From NCBI GenBank assembly GCA_963745835.1, contig CAVUZH010000024.1:128001-192000 (forward strand): DNA of 64,000 nt, given 5' to 3'. A model generated the notes under the pieces. It was not told where the DNA came from. It ran no database searches and was given only the letters and a program-made list of their open reading frames with translations. Source of the stretch: an uncultured delta proteobacterium (lineage in GTDB: Bacteria > Desulfobacterota > Binatia > UBA9968). Shown here one piece after another: positions 9,282 through 19,986 of this stretch (the stretch's first letter is position 1; every line of letters begins with the position of its first letter). Position numbers and translations under genes: made by a program.

Positions 9282-10085
9282 TTAAATGAGTGCTCTCAAT
9301 TTCTGAATATAGTTTGCGACTTCCGGCCGGGTCGTGTCGCGCGGGCGCGCTAGGGTTATCGGTACGATCTCTCGGATCGTGCCGGGCCGCGGCGACATCA
9401 CCGCTACTTCATCGGCGAGAATTACCGATTCCTCGACGTCGTGCGTTACGAATACCACCGTCATCCGTTTGATCTCATGTATGCGCAGCAGTTCCTCATG
9501 CATCAGCCCGCGGGTTTGGGCGTCGAGCCGAGAAAACGGTTCGTCCATCAAAAGAATGCGTGGCTCGGTGACCAGGCTACGCGCCAGAGCGACACGACTG
9601 CGCATGCCGCCGGAGAGCTGATAGGGAAACGATGCTTCAAAACCATTCAAATCGACCAGCTCCAAGGCTTCGCTGGCGCGCTCAATCCTTTCACTTTTCG
9701 GCATCGCTCCCGCTTCCAAAGCGAATTCAACATTGCGCAGCGCGTTGCGCCATGGCAACAATCGATCGTCTTGAAACATATAACTGATCGTGCGCCAGTC
9801 GTTGAATTCCGCGCTGGGCGCGCCGCAGATGCATACCTGGCCATGGTCCGGTTTAACAATGCCGGAGATGATGTTGAGCAACGTGCTCTTGCCTGAGCCC
9901 GATGCGCCGAGCAATCCGACGATGGCGTGGTCGGCCACCGTAAGATTGACATCCTTCAGCACTTCAAGCCGGCTATCACCGGCAGCAAAACTCTTGCTGA
10001 TGCCGCTTAGGCGGATGGCGGCTGCCGGCTGCCCCGGTTCGATGCACGCTTGCTGCGCTAAGCTCGGACTATCCATTGGTTTCAA
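9282..10085 (-). CDS. ABC transporter ATP-binding protein, SsuB/TauB family
   Basis: Walker A GASGSGKS, LSGGM signature, LLMDEPF, VTHD. Confidence 0.93.
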   Translation of the reverse strand: MKPMDSPSLAQQACIEPGQPAAAIRLSGISKSFAAGDSRLEVLKDVNLTVADHAIVGLLGASGSGKSTLLNIISGIVKPDHGQVCICGAPSAEFNDWRTISYMFQDDRLLPWRNALRNVEFALEAGAMPKSERIERASEALELVDLNGFEASFPYQLSGGMRSRVALARSLVTEPRILLMDEPFSRLDAQTRGLMHEELLRIHEIKRMTVVFVTHDVEESVILADEVAVMSPRPGTIREIVPITLARPRDTTRPEVANYIQKLRALI

Positions 10086-10148
10086 TAAGCGCTGATCGTC
10101 ATGCTTTCGAGAGTAGAACGCGTCTCCTAAAAAGACAATTTCCGTTTT

Positions 10149-11003
10149 TCATTGCCCTTCCGCTTCTTTCTTCCAGCGAAACAGGTGATTCTCCAGCGGC
10201 TTTAACAAGCCCGTTTCCAAGGTGGCCATCATAACAACCAGAGTTAGAGTCCAGGCAAATACCTGGTCGGTCTGGATCAAATCCGCCGCCTGGCGCAGAC
10301 GATAGCCGACTCCGCTCGACGCGCCTATGGTCTCGGCGACCAGGGAGACGCGCCAGCCGAAGCCAAACGCTAGGCGCGCGCCGGAGAAGAAGTAAGGAAG
10401 TATCGTCGGCAGATAGATTTTGGTCATCACTTTCCATTTCGGCATGCGCAGCACCTGGGCCAACTCGATGAACTCCGCGTTGACCGTGCGCGTACCCTGC
10501 CAAACGTTGGTAATGATCAATGGCATCGCAGTCATGAACACTACGAAAATAGTCGTGGCGTTGGAGATGCCGAACCAGATGATGGCGAAGATGGCCCAGA
10601 TCGCAGACGACACCGTGTTCATCACCGGGATTACCGGCTCAAAGAATTCGCCCGCCCGTTTGTTCGCTCCCAGGAAGATCCCAAGGGGCAAACTTACAAG
10701 CGCCGCAATGACAAACCCCACGGTGACCCGCCAGAGCGTAATACCGAGATTGCTCCACAGATCGCCGTTGGCGGCGATAAGTGTGAGCGCCTGCCAGACT
10801 CGCGCCGGTCCGGGCAAAATGTAATGCGGCACCGACAAAGAGAACAGCCACCAGATGCCGATCAACAACGCAACGAGAACGAGACGCTGAAGAAGAAGGT
10901 CAAAGCGCAGCCTCCGGAAGTTGGAACGCGTCCATGCGTTATCTGCAACTGCTTCGGTCATTTCATGTTTCATCCGCGTTCTCTTAGAAGAGGCAAGCCC
11001 CAC
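10149..11003 (-). CDS. ABC transporter permease, SsuC/TauC family (start may be about 30-40 nt downstream)
   Basis: About six TM segments, IYLPTILPY, WRVSLVAETIG. Confidence 0.9.
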   Translation of the reverse strand: MGLASSKRTRMKHEMTEAVADNAWTRSNFRRLRFDLLLQRLVLVALLIGIWWLFSLSVPHYILPGPARVWQALTLIAANGDLWSNLGITLWRVTVGFVIAALVSLPLGIFLGANKRAGEFFEPVIPVMNTVSSAIWAIFAIIWFGISNATTIFVVFMTAMPLIITNVWQGTRTVNAEFIELAQVLRMPKWKVMTKIYLPTILPYFFSGARLAFGFGWRVSLVAETIGASSGVGYRLRQAADLIQTDQVFAWTLTLVVMMATLETGLLKPLENHLFRWKKEAEGQ

Positions 11004-11260
11004 CGATTCTGATTATTACCCTATCCCGCTGCGCCGAATCTTGCCACAAGCCATACTCGTCTTGAGCGATTCGCAGGACTTTACCGGCCATATGACTTAC
11101 CTGATAAATTTCCGACACATTACAAATGAACTCGGAGCCAAGTTCTTAATAGGGTCTTGTCAGCGACATTGTGTGGGGCAGAACTGTAGTGTATCGGTGC
11201 TTTTTACCAAGCGGAAGCTGCTCGGAGCAATCGAGAGCAGGCAGGTAACAGTAAATTAAA

Positions 11261-12113
11261 CTAGGCCCGGCGTTTGGCCTCTAACAGCGGTTGCGCTGAT
11301 GCGGCGACTTCGGCTAGGAGCGAGCCCATCTTCGGATGAGCCGGCTCAATGTCAGGATCAATGCCGAAGCGGTCGAGCACTTCCGTGCAGATTGGCCCAA
11401 CGGAGCCCACGACGGCCCGCTCCAAGCCCTCACGTAATGAATTGGTATTGTTGCTTTCCGCCGCCACTCGAAACAGATGATCAACCTGAGCGCCGTTGGT
11501 AAAAAGCACAACTTCGGCATCGACCCTGCGTTATCTTCTCGATGGCTTGCCGAAGAGGTTCGAGATCTTCTGGCAAGTCCCAGCGATAGATTGGAATGCC
11601 GAAACTGTGGCGCCCTGAGCCGTAGGGCGGACGTCAATTCCGGATTCGGAATGCCATATTCCTGAATCGCAATTCGCTTTCCGCGAAGATCGACGCGCGG
11701 CATCGAGCGCGGAGAGAATTTCGCGCCAGGTATTGGGCTCGGGCACGCTGATGGCCGGCACAAGCCGTCAACTCTTTCAGAGCGGCTGCCGGCTTCGGCC
11801 CGCGCACCACCAACTTTACACGCTGCATCGCTGCAATGATTCGCTCTTGCGAAAATTGGGTTAACAAAACCTGGTTGAGGGTCCTGGTGCCGACGCCGGT
11901 CATGAGAATCAGCAGGTCGAGGTTCCCCGCTTCCAAGTCAGGAATAAGTTCTAGAGCGGCGCGGTTTTCCTCAAGCGGAATTTCACGCATCGAAGGCGCG
12001 ACAAAAGGATCACCGCCGTAGCGGCGAATCAACTCGGCGATCTCGACAGCACGCCGGCTTTCGAACGAGACAACTTTCAGCCCCTGCAAGTCAGCTCTTA
12101 AATTTAAGTCCAT
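11261..12113 (-). pseudogene. hemD: Uroporphyrinogen-III synthase HemD, split by several frameshifts
   Basis: Consecutive segments in different frames: FESRRAVE...RGPKP / PEPNTWRE / RIAIQEYG / YRWDLPED / LFTNGAQV...SVGPIC...HPKMG. Confidence 0.8.
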
Positions 12114-12218
12114 AAAACAATCTCAGCTAAGTTCATCCCAACGAGGCGACGTCAAGAAAACAATAAGACATCAGACAAGCATGCCGGCGGCGAAGCTGTC
12201 GTTGCTCGCAGTGAGTTC

Positions 12219-13030
12219 CTAGTCCAGTGACGGGTAGATAGTCGCCTCTTCACCATAGGACCGAGCATCTCGCTGCGATTCGAAAGCTGACTCGAACCAA
12301 TTCAGCCGCTGTTGCAACCCGACGACTCTGCCAACGACGATAACGGCAGGCGAATCGAGGTGCGCCGCTTTATCGACAATATCGTTAACCGTGCCCGTGA
12401 CTGTCTCTTGCACCTGTGTCGTGCCGCGGCTAATGACAGCAACGGGTGTTCCGGGAGCCAGCCCATGACTAAGCAGTGCACTGGTAATCTGCTGAAGGTT
12501 CCTAAGCCCCATGAGAATCACCAGTGTATCCACCGCTGCCACAAGCTTGTCCCATTGAACTGAAGATTCGAGCTTGCGTGATTCGTGGCCCGTAACTACC
12601 GCGAACGAAGAAGAATACTTTCTGTGTGTGAGTGGAATACCGGCGTAGGCTGGCACCGCCACCGCCGAGCTGACGCCTGGAACGATCTCGAAAGGAATAC
12701 CGGCGGCTGCCAGCGCTTCGGCCTCTTCGCCGCCGCGGCCGAACACGAATGGATCGCCGCCTTTGAGTCGCACGACTTCGTACCCGACGCGCAGCATGAT
12801 CGATCAGCACCTGGTTAATTTCTGATTGCGCGATACAATGACGGCCGGCTCTGTTTACCGGCGAAAATTCATGGCTAACCGCTGGAGACGTCTCTCTCCA
12901 ACAGAACCGGATTGACCAATTGATCGAAGACGATGACTTGCGCTTGGCGCAGCAATTCGAGCCCGCGCACTGTCAGCAATCCCGGATCGCCCGGGCCGGC
13001 GCCGACCAGATAAACCCTTCCTAATCGCAT
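12219..13030 (-). pseudogene. cobA: Uroporphyrinogen-III C-methyltransferase (CobA/SirA), frameshifted around 12800-12890
   Basis: [15 protein letters not shown] from ATG 13030 (GGAGAGG RBS); VVRLKGGDPFVFGRGGEE and VPGVSS follow after a disrupted segment. Confidence 0.85.
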
Positions 13031-13657
13031 GACCTCTCCTCCAGTTGCGCGACAAGAAGTTGCTTTGCCTCCGCCACTTTTCCTTGTCGAAGCAATAGAC
13101 GAAAGTCGCCTTTCAATGCCTCGTTCCACGACTCCGCTCTTGCATGGATTGAACGTTGCCGCAGATCGGCGCGCACTTCGGAGGCGGTTTGAACAAGCTG
13201 CAGCAAAGTCTCCGGTAGAGATGGCTTTCGAGCTCTTCTCGAATGGCACGAGTCGCTGCCGGGCTCGCGCCCCCGAGGAAATGGCAACCGCGAGTTGACC
13301 GCGCCGGATCACCGCCGGCGAAATAAAATCGCAGTGACTTGGATCGTCCGCGCAATTCACCCAAATGCCGCGGGTACGCGCCTCATCGAATACCGCTGCA
13401 TTGACGGTTCCATCATCTGTCGCGACAAACGCGATGGCGAATCCTGCAAGATCTCCCTTTTCATATTTGCGCGCCAGATGTTCTAACGATGACTGCAGAA
13501 TCAATCGCCGGAGTCCCTCGGAGATTTCCGGACTGACAACGGTGACGTGCGCTCCTGCAGCTAATAGCCCATCTACTTTACGTTCAGCGACCACGCCCCC
13601 GCCGATGACGATACATCGCCGGCCGGTGAGGTCGAGGAAAACTGGATAGTACCTCAT
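13021..13657 (-). pseudogene. Precorrin-2 dehydrogenase/sirohydrochlorin ferrochelatase (SirC/Met8/CysG N-terminal type), frameshifted
   Basis: [29 protein letters not shown]; [13 protein letters not shown] and C-terminus in other frames. Confidence 0.8.
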
Positions 13658-13998
13658 TGATCGTCATCCGAGTCGAAGATCTTCCAAAGATCGCCGTCGC
13701 CCGCCTGTAACTGTTGCAATGCGTCGGCGACGAACACCCTCGACCCAAGAAGTCCAATGTCGACGGCCCAGCCGCCGTGGCGCAGCTCGTCTCGATAGAG
13801 ACTTTCGGCCAATTGTTCGGCGAGTTCGCATAAAGGAATTTGCTGGTTACGACTGAGCACCGCTGCGGCGTTGCCTTCAAGCGGGGTTCGCGCAGATCGA
13901 TTTAACCTGCTGAGACGCACGTTGCGGTCTGTCATCGATGATTCACTTTGGCGTTTACCTAGAAGGATTGTTGAAATTAGTTCCATGATGCCTGCCAT
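13654..13998 (-). CDS. Hypothetical protein in the siroheme operon
   Basis: GGAGG RBS before ATG 13998; stop overlaps the next start (ATGA). Confidence 0.6.
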   Translation of the reverse strand: MAGIMELISTILLGKRQSESSMTDRNVRLSRLNRSARTPLEGNAAAVLSRNQQIPLCELAEQLAESLYRDELRHGGWAVDIGLLGSRVFVADALQQLQAGDGDLWKIFDSDDDQ

Positions 13999-14168
13999 CG
14001 TGCGCCTCCATTTACTTGAGTTGGGCTTAAGAAAAGTAGGAGCTACCATGATTTCCCCTGCTCTTCGGTAACTGTCGGCCGGTAACCCGGCTGCAGCGGC
14101 AGTTTCAAGTGCCGTACAAACCCACTCAGATTCACCTCGAAATCGAGAAGGGGTGAATGCGTCGAGCA

Positions 14169-14759
14169 TCAACTGCTTTGCGTTTCAGCACCTGAAGCCT
14201 CGGCCAACTTATCCATGTCGAAATGTTTGGATGCACGCACCGTGACTGAGAAACGCTGTCTTGGATCTTGATTATGTTCGAGCGTAAAGTTTGCGTCGCC
14301 GACCAGGGGGCGAACGGCGCTTTCCAAATCCGGCTTTAACGCCGTAAGCGTCTCCTGGCTGTTCGGCGCACGGAAGACGATCGTTAATCGAAATGCAAAT
14401 TTCCTCGTCCGAAAACTTCAGTCTGCCGCGCAACGTCGGTTCCTGCTCGAGATGCCGGCAGTACTTCAGCGCCGCGCGGAGCACCGCGCGAATTTTCTCT
14501 TCATTGGAGCCACTAAGATGTGCTTTTTGGCTATACAGAAGCCCACACCGATTGTTAGTCTCATCGATGCTCAGATTGGCGTGACTGGCTACCAGAACAA
14601 TCCCCGGTCCGGCCCGCATGTGGCTGTAGTCGGCAACATCGTGGTACACCCCGTCGGCGGCCTGAATCCAGCCATGGAAACACGTCGATAAAGTCAGTCA
14701 GCGGAATGTCATCCGGCAAGCTCGACAAAAATTTTAACGGTAATCTTTTGCAGGTCCAT
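14169..14759 (-). pseudogene. Hypothetical protein downstream of the sulfite reductase, about 3 frameshifts
   Basis: Reconstructed MDLQKITVKIF...FIDVFHGWIQ..DVADYSHMRAGPGIVL...NDRLRAPNSQETL...DPRQRFSV across frames. Confidence 0.6.
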
Positions 14760-14815
14760 GTTGCTTATACCGTGAAGCTAAACGCTCGGTTGAGCTAGGT
14801 TGTCCAGTTTAACCG

Positions 14816-17074
14816 TTAGCTCACAACTCCGCCACGAAGCTTGTTATGACAACCGTGGGCAGCGTCTATAAATAACTGCGCTTCCTGCAGTAGTTGAACC
14901 GCGCGATCGGCATCTGCGGCTTTAGCATGGCTCACGAATTCCCTTGCCTTAAAGAAATATTCGGCAAACTTTCCGCCGGCATACTTATCCCAGAAAAGCT
15001 GGGTGTCATAAAAGCGCGTGGTGAATTCTCGGATGATTTGATTCTCATCTTCAGAGACGCTGGGGTTCTGGTCTTTGACCAAGCCCTGCGCGGCGCGCAA
15101 CATCGAGGCGTAGGCGCCCTTCACCGCGTCCTGCGACTGACCGGCGTCAAGCAGCAGTTGCGCTTCGAACAACTCGCGTTCGCTTGCCGCCAGGGTAAAT
15201 TCGGCTTGACTGACCACTGCGCCGGCGCATTCGCCGACGCCCATGTCGACCAGAGTGAATTCGCGCGGATCGCCCCAATCGCTGTAGTAGGACCGATCCA
15301 CTTCATGCGCCGGAATCTTGGTGAGATTTTCGAGCAGCTCCTTGACCGCCTTCTTACCGACACGCCCGATGAATTCCTGGAATCGTTCATTCCTCTCGCG
15401 CCGGCGCAGGTAGAAGTCGGTGATCGACAGCACCGCCTCCGGGATTCGCTTGGATGGCACCGCGCCGATGGGCATCCCATATTCGCCGGCATTGTCGTGA
15501 AACTTGCCGCCGAGGATCACTTGAAAATGCGGCACCTGAAAACCTTTGACGTTGCGATTGATGCCGTAGAATCCGATATCGGCGATATGATGCTGGCCGC
15601 AGGAGTTGAAACAGCCGCTCACTTTAATGCGCAGGTTCTTGACCGCCTCGTCGAGTTCCAGGCTTTTTTCGCCCAACCGATAGCGCAGTTCGCGCGCCAA
15701 ACCGCGCGATGACGCGATGCCCAGTTTGCAGGTGTCCGTGCCAGGGCAAGAAGTCACGTCAACGATGGTGCCCGCGTCCGCCGCGCCCAGGCCAATGGCT
15801 TTGATCGCCTGATAAAACTCCGGCAGATCGGCTTCGCTTACCCAACGAAACAGAATATTTTGCTCCACCGTCGTGCGCAGAGTGTCCCTGACGAAGCGGC
15901 GCGCGATAACGGCGAGCGCGCGCATTTGATCGGCGCTGGCATCGCCCAGTGGAAGCGTGACGGTGGCCGCGACGTAGCCAGGCTGTCGCTGTTTATAAAC
16001 ATTGGTGGCATACCAGGCCTCAAACCCTTCGGCGCGCTTTCGCCCGTTAAGACTCGCGCCCGCACGAAGCGGTTGCTCGTCCTGTTCGTTGACCGTCGCC
16101 AAGAAGTCCGTCCAGCGCGGATCAGCCGGCAGCTTTTGTCTCTCTTCCAGGACCAGCTTGCGAAATTCATCGATACCGAGGCTGGCGATTAAAAACTTAA
16201 TGCGCGCCCGGGCGCGATTGCGCTTCTCGCCCAGACGGGCAAAGACGCGGGAGATTGCCTGCATCGTCGGCAGAAGTTCTTCTTCCGGCAAAAATTCATC
16301 GAACAGTTTCGCCTTGTACGGCACCGAGCCCAAACCGCCGCCGACGTAAAATGCAAAGCCGCGCCGCACTTGGCCATCGACGACTTTGGTTTTGGCGATC
16401 GCGCCCATGTCATGCATGGTGACCAAACCGCAAGGATTTTGTTCGCAGCCCGAGAAGGCGAGTTTCACCTTCCGCCCAAAGTCTTGGGTATCGAGGTGGC
16501 CCAGTAAGAATCTTGCCGAAGCCTTGGCGTAAGGCGTCGTGTCGAATTTTTCCTCGTGGCAGATTCCCGCCAGCGGACAGGCTGTGACATTGCGCACGAC
16601 ATTGCCGCACGCTTCGCGCGTGGTGATCCCGACCGCGGCGAGACGGCGCATGAGCGCAGGCGTGTCATCGATGTGGACATAATGAAATTGAAAGTCTTGG
16701 CGCGTGGTGACGTGAGAAACACCGTCGGCGTATTCTTCCGAGAGATCCGCTAGCGTCTCCAATTGTTCGGGCGTTACTCCGCCGAAAGGAATTTTGATGC
16801 GCATCATTCCGGGCGCGTCCCACAACGTATCGGGTCCTTTGAGTACGTCTGCGCGGTATTCGAGCTTTTGGATACGCTTGCCGTCGTGACGCTGGCCGTT
16901 GTCGTAGCGCTGGCCGTAGATGCCGCGCCGCAGGCGGGTTTCGGCGAAAACCTTTTCATCGATCTTGCCCTGTTTGCGGAGCTCCATCTGCTGCTCGAAG
17001 ATATCGATCTCACGGCCCAGATCAGCGGGAATTTTATGCCCTAGCTTTTCTTTCCAGTTCAGTTCGCTTTTCAT
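14816..17074 (-). CDS. Ferredoxin-type siroheme nitrite/sulfite reductase with C-terminal HEPN-like domain
   Basis: HVTTRQ, CGNVVRN, SGCEQNPC, SCPGTDTC, SGCFNSCGQH siroheme/4Fe-4S ligands; adjacent siroheme genes. Confidence 0.9.
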   Translation of the reverse strand: MKSELNWKEKLGHKIPADLGREIDIFEQQMELRKQGKIDEKVFAETRLRRGIYGQRYDNGQRHDGKRIQKLEYRADVLKGPDTLWDAPGMMRIKIPFGGVTPEQLETLADLSEEYADGVSHVTTRQDFQFHYVHIDDTPALMRRLAAVGITTREACGNVVRNVTACPLAGICHEEKFDTTPYAKASARFLLGHLDTQDFGRKVKLAFSGCEQNPCGLVTMHDMGAIAKTKVVDGQVRRGFAFYVGGGLGSVPYKAKLFDEFLPEEELLPTMQAISRVFARLGEKRNRARARIKFLIASLGIDEFRKLVLEERQKLPADPRWTDFLATVNEQDEQPLRAGASLNGRKRAEGFEAWYATNVYKQRQPGYVAATVTLPLGDASADQMRALAVIARRFVRDTLRTTVEQNILFRWVSEADLPEFYQAIKAIGLGAADAGTIVDVTSCPGTDTCKLGIASSRGLARELRYRLGEKSLELDEAVKNLRIKVSGCFNSCGQHHIADIGFYGINRNVKGFQVPHFQVILGGKFHDNAGEYGMPIGAVPSKRIPEAVLSITDFYLRRRERNERFQEFIGRVGKKAVKELLENLTKIPAHEVDRSYYSDWGDPREFTLVDMGVGECAGAVVSQAEFTLAASERELFEAQLLLDAGQSQDAVKGAYASMLRAAQGLVKDQNPSVSEDENQIIREFTTRFYDTQLFWDKYAGGKFAEYFFKAREFVSHAKAADADRAVQLLQEAQLFIDAAHGCHNKLRGGVVS

Positions 17075-17100
17075 AGCTTGCCTCCCCGTCACCGCTTAAA

Positions 17101-17124
17101 TGACTAATTCAATCGGTTTAGTCA
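17101..17124. promoter_or_regulatory. Palindromic operator, probable Rrf2 binding site
   Basis: TGACTAA-N10-TTAGTCA directly upstream of the reductase RBS. Confidence 0.6.
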
Positions 17125-17148
17125 AAAATCAACACAAAAAATTTTCAG

Positions 17149-17580
17149 CTAGATGTAATACATGTATGATTCAGCAGTTGGTTTACACAGATCCGCCAGG
17201 GTCGTCTCCTCCAACACTTGCTCCATGGCGCGCACGCCGCGCGCCCAGGTTTCGATCAGCTTCTGGGTGACGGAAGACAGACCGCCGCCAGCTCTGGTTT
17301 TGGGATCTAGCCCCACTCCAGGTCCCTCCAGTGACTGCAAGATCTCTTTGACGCTAATGGTTTCCGGCGCGCGAGCCAAAATGTACCCACCGGTTGGGCC
17401 GCGCGAGCCGTGTACCAGATGAGCCCGCTTCAATATCACCATGATCTGGCCGAGATACTCCGAAGGAATATTCTGATTGCTGGCGATTTCTTTGACTTGC
17501 ACAGCGCGGCGCATCCGATAATTCGCAGCCAACTCGGCCAGCGCCAGCAACCCATAATGACCCTTCGATCCGATTTTCAT
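17149..17580 (-). CDS. Rrf2 family transcriptional regulator (CymR-like, lacks the 3-Cys Fe-S motif)
   Basis: KGHYGL.AL.ELA, YLGQI, SRGPTGGY.LA, MYYI C-terminus. Confidence 0.9.
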   Translation of the reverse strand: MKIGSKGHYGLLALAELAANYRMRRAVQVKEIASNQNIPSEYLGQIMVILKRAHLVHGSRGPTGGYILARAPETISVKEILQSLEGPGVGLDPKTRAGGGLSSVTQKLIETWARGVRAMEQVLEETTLADLCKPTAESYMYYI

Positions 17581-17611
17581 TTTGAACCGTTTTGATTCAG
17601 CTTTGGTCGAA

Positions 17612-17629
17612 ACTAAGTTAACCGATATA
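17612..17629. promoter_or_regulatory. Second, degenerate copy of the putative Rrf2 site (possible autoregulation)
   Basis: ACTAAGTTAACCGATATA matches ACTAATTCAATCGGTTTA (17103) at 13/18 positions. Confidence 0.4.
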
Positions 17630-18088
17630 AAAAGTCAAGAACTCTATAGGAAGCTATTTTTAGTTGCCCGCAACAGAGGATTACGGGTATAAATCGGCCA
17701 ACTCGCGGCGCCGAGGGCACTGGCTGGTAAAGAAGTGCAACCGAAAGTACGACCTTCGAAAGGACGATGCTTTAGTAGCTCTAAAATAAACCGGCATCCC
17801 ACGGACTGCGCGATCCCGCAGCGGCTGAAACAGCTTACCAAGAGGTGCTCATCCTGGTACGTATGAAGGAATAGCGCAAAACCATGCGTCATAAGTCTTA
17901 CGGCGGCTGCTGAAAGGCCAAAACTAAAGAGTCGGCGAGTTCAAAGATGGAGAATCTCGTCGTTCCAAGTATTGTGCAAAGGTGGACGGCAGCGGCTTCT
18001 TCGAAAAACTCTATGCCGATCACCGAGTGAGATAAGGAAGGACGTAGCGAATTTCGCTTTTTATCTTTTCAACTGGAGGAGGCCGCTT

Positions 18089-19150
18089 ATGAGGCATATC
18101 AAATTAATTGCATGGTTATCCAACTTGGTTCTGTTGGCTCTGTTCCTGTTTCGCACGCCGCTTCACGCGCAAGAATCGTTCTACAGAGGGAAAACTCTTC
18201 GATTTATCGTCGCATACGAGCCCGGGGGCGGCTTCGACGTCTATACCCGCACAATTGCGCGCCACTTTGGCAAACATGTGCCAGGAAATCCCACCACTAT
18301 CGTGGAGAATATGACTGGCGCGGTCGGCATGATCGCAGCCAATTATATTTACAATCAAGCTAAGCCCGACGGTCTAACCATCGGTCATTTCGTCGGCACG
18401 TTGATCTTGCAGCATGTGCTGGGCAATGAAGCGGCAAAATTCGACGGACGCAAATTCGGTTGGCTAGGCGTACCTATCGCCGATCACGGCGTCTGCGCTC
18501 TAACCAAAGCCAGCGGCATATCGACTCTGGATGGCTGGCTAACGGCCAAGGAACCGGTGAAGATGGGCGGGCATGGACCAGGTGGAGTGACCTCCGATAC
18601 AGCCCGCATTTTGCGCGATGCTCTTAGCGTACCGCTTAGAGTCGTCGACGGTTACAAATGCACCGGCCCGATCCGGCTTGCAGCCGAATCCGGCGAGGTC
18701 TCCGGCGGGTGCTGGGCTTGGGAGTCTATGAAACCGACTTGGTCTCAGGGCTTTGAGAGCGGCCAGGTAAAGGTTGTCGTGCAAACAGCCCTTAAAGCGC
18801 ATCCCGAACTGAAGGACGTTCCTGTCGCCATCGATTATGCGAAGACTAAGGAAGCGCGGCAGCTGTTGGAAATTCTCGATCATGCTTACGGCACAAGCTT
18901 CCGCAGCTACTCTGTGCCACCGGGGACACCGAAAGACCGGTTGACGGTTCTACAAAAAGCTTTTCTCGACACCTTGAAGGACCCGGAGTTTCTTGCAGAT
19001 GCAAAAAAAGCGAAATTAGACATCGCTCCCATCGACGGTGCTGCAACCGCCAAGACGCTCGCCGGTTTCTATGATCTCGATCCTCCGATAGTCGCCAAAC
19101 TCAAAAAAGTTTTACTCTCGGATGTGAGTGGCAGGGAGACACCGCAATGA
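18089..19150 (+). CDS. Tripartite tricarboxylate transporter substrate-binding protein (TctC/Bug)
   Basis: PGGGFD.Y.R, VENMTGA, KPDGLTI, PPGTP, DPEF; GGAGG RBS before ATG 18089. Confidence 0.88.
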   Translation: MRHIKLIAWLSNLVLLALFLFRTPLHAQESFYRGKTLRFIVAYEPGGGFDVYTRTIARHFGKHVPGNPTTIVENMTGAVGMIAANYIYNQAKPDGLTIGHFVGTLILQHVLGNEAAKFDGRKFGWLGVPIADHGVCALTKASGISTLDGWLTAKEPVKMGGHGPGGVTSDTARILRDALSVPLRVVDGYKCTGPIRLAAESGEVSGGCWAWESMKPTWSQGFESGQVKVVVQTALKAHPELKDVPVAIDYAKTKEARQLLEILDHAYGTSFRSYSVPPGTPKDRLTVLQKAFLDTLKDPEFLADAKKAKLDIAPIDGAATAKTLAGFYDLDPPIVAKLKKVLLSDVSGRETPQ

Positions 19151-19986
19151 CGACAATCCAGACACAGCTGTTGAGTTTTACAACGACGGACGAGGAAACT
19201 CTGCACGGACTCCTCTTCACGCCGGCGGATAAATCGTCCGATCTGGCATTGCTCTTCGTCCATGGGGTAGCGATGAATTTTTATCTGCCGCCTCTTGCTG
19301 TTTTCGGGCAGGCTATCGCCGAACGCGGCTATCACGGCTTTGTCATTAACACCCGCGGGCACGATTGGATAAACCGCGCAGGAGATTTGACCGCCTTCGG
19401 CGGTGCGACCTACGAAACTTTCGAAGACAGCGCAATGGATCTCGATGGCGCGTTGGAGTGCCTAAACCGGCAAGGCTACAAGCGCTTCATTCTGATTGGT
19501 CACAGCTTGGGTTGTATCAAGTCGCTCATGTATCAGGGCAGCCGGCGCCGTCGTGATGTTGTAGGCATCGTTTCTTGCTCTTGCCCTAAACAATTTTATT
19601 CAGCGCGAGCAATGGAGCAGCCCGAATTCAAGCAGTTGATGGCCCAAGCGGAAGAAATGGTGGCGCAAGGCAAAGGAGAAGAAATTCTTTGGGCTCCGGC
19701 GAGCGGAGCGATGGGAATGTTTTGCGCGCGCACGTACGTCAACAAGTACGGCAAACACGAAAACAACGACGTTCGGCCTCATGCCGGCCGTTTAGGCTGT
19801 CCTCATCTCGCTATCGCGGGTGGTGCGGAACATCCGTTTTTCCCGGAATACGCCAAAGAGCTTGCCGAGGCGAGCGGCGCAACTGGTACTTACAGGATCG
19901 TTTCAGGCTCAAATCACTTCTACGACAAACACGAACCCGAGGTAATCGAAATTATCACGCACTGGCTAGAACAGTTCAAAACTTGA
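19147..19986 (+). CDS. Alpha/beta hydrolase
   Basis: FVHG, nucleophile GHSLG, C-terminal GSNHF; ATGA overlap with upstream gene. Confidence 0.85.
   Translation: MTTIQTQLLSFTTTDEETLHGLLFTPADKSSDLALLFVHGVAMNFYLPPLAVFGQAIAERGYHGFVINTRGHDWINRAGDLTAFGGATYETFEDSAMDLDGALECLNRQGYKRFILIGHSLGCIKSLMYQGSRRRRDVVGIVSCSCPKQFYSARAMEQPEFKQLMAQAEEMVAQGKGEEILWAPASGAMGMFCARTYVNKYGKHENNDVRPHAGRLGCPHLAIAGGAEHPFFPEYAKELAEASGATGTYRIVSGSNHFYDKHEPEVIEIITHWLEQFKT

Noticed and set aside
12875-13657. Apparent CysG-like fusion of SirC and CobA in one 260-aa ORF
   Set aside because: Produced by frameshifts; cobA has its own RBS and ATG at 13030 and the sirC C-terminus ends at 13021 in another frame
14000-14168. Several small hairpins upstream of the 13998 gene, considered as a SAM or cobalamin riboswitch
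   Set aside because: No conserved riboswitch core motifs recognised
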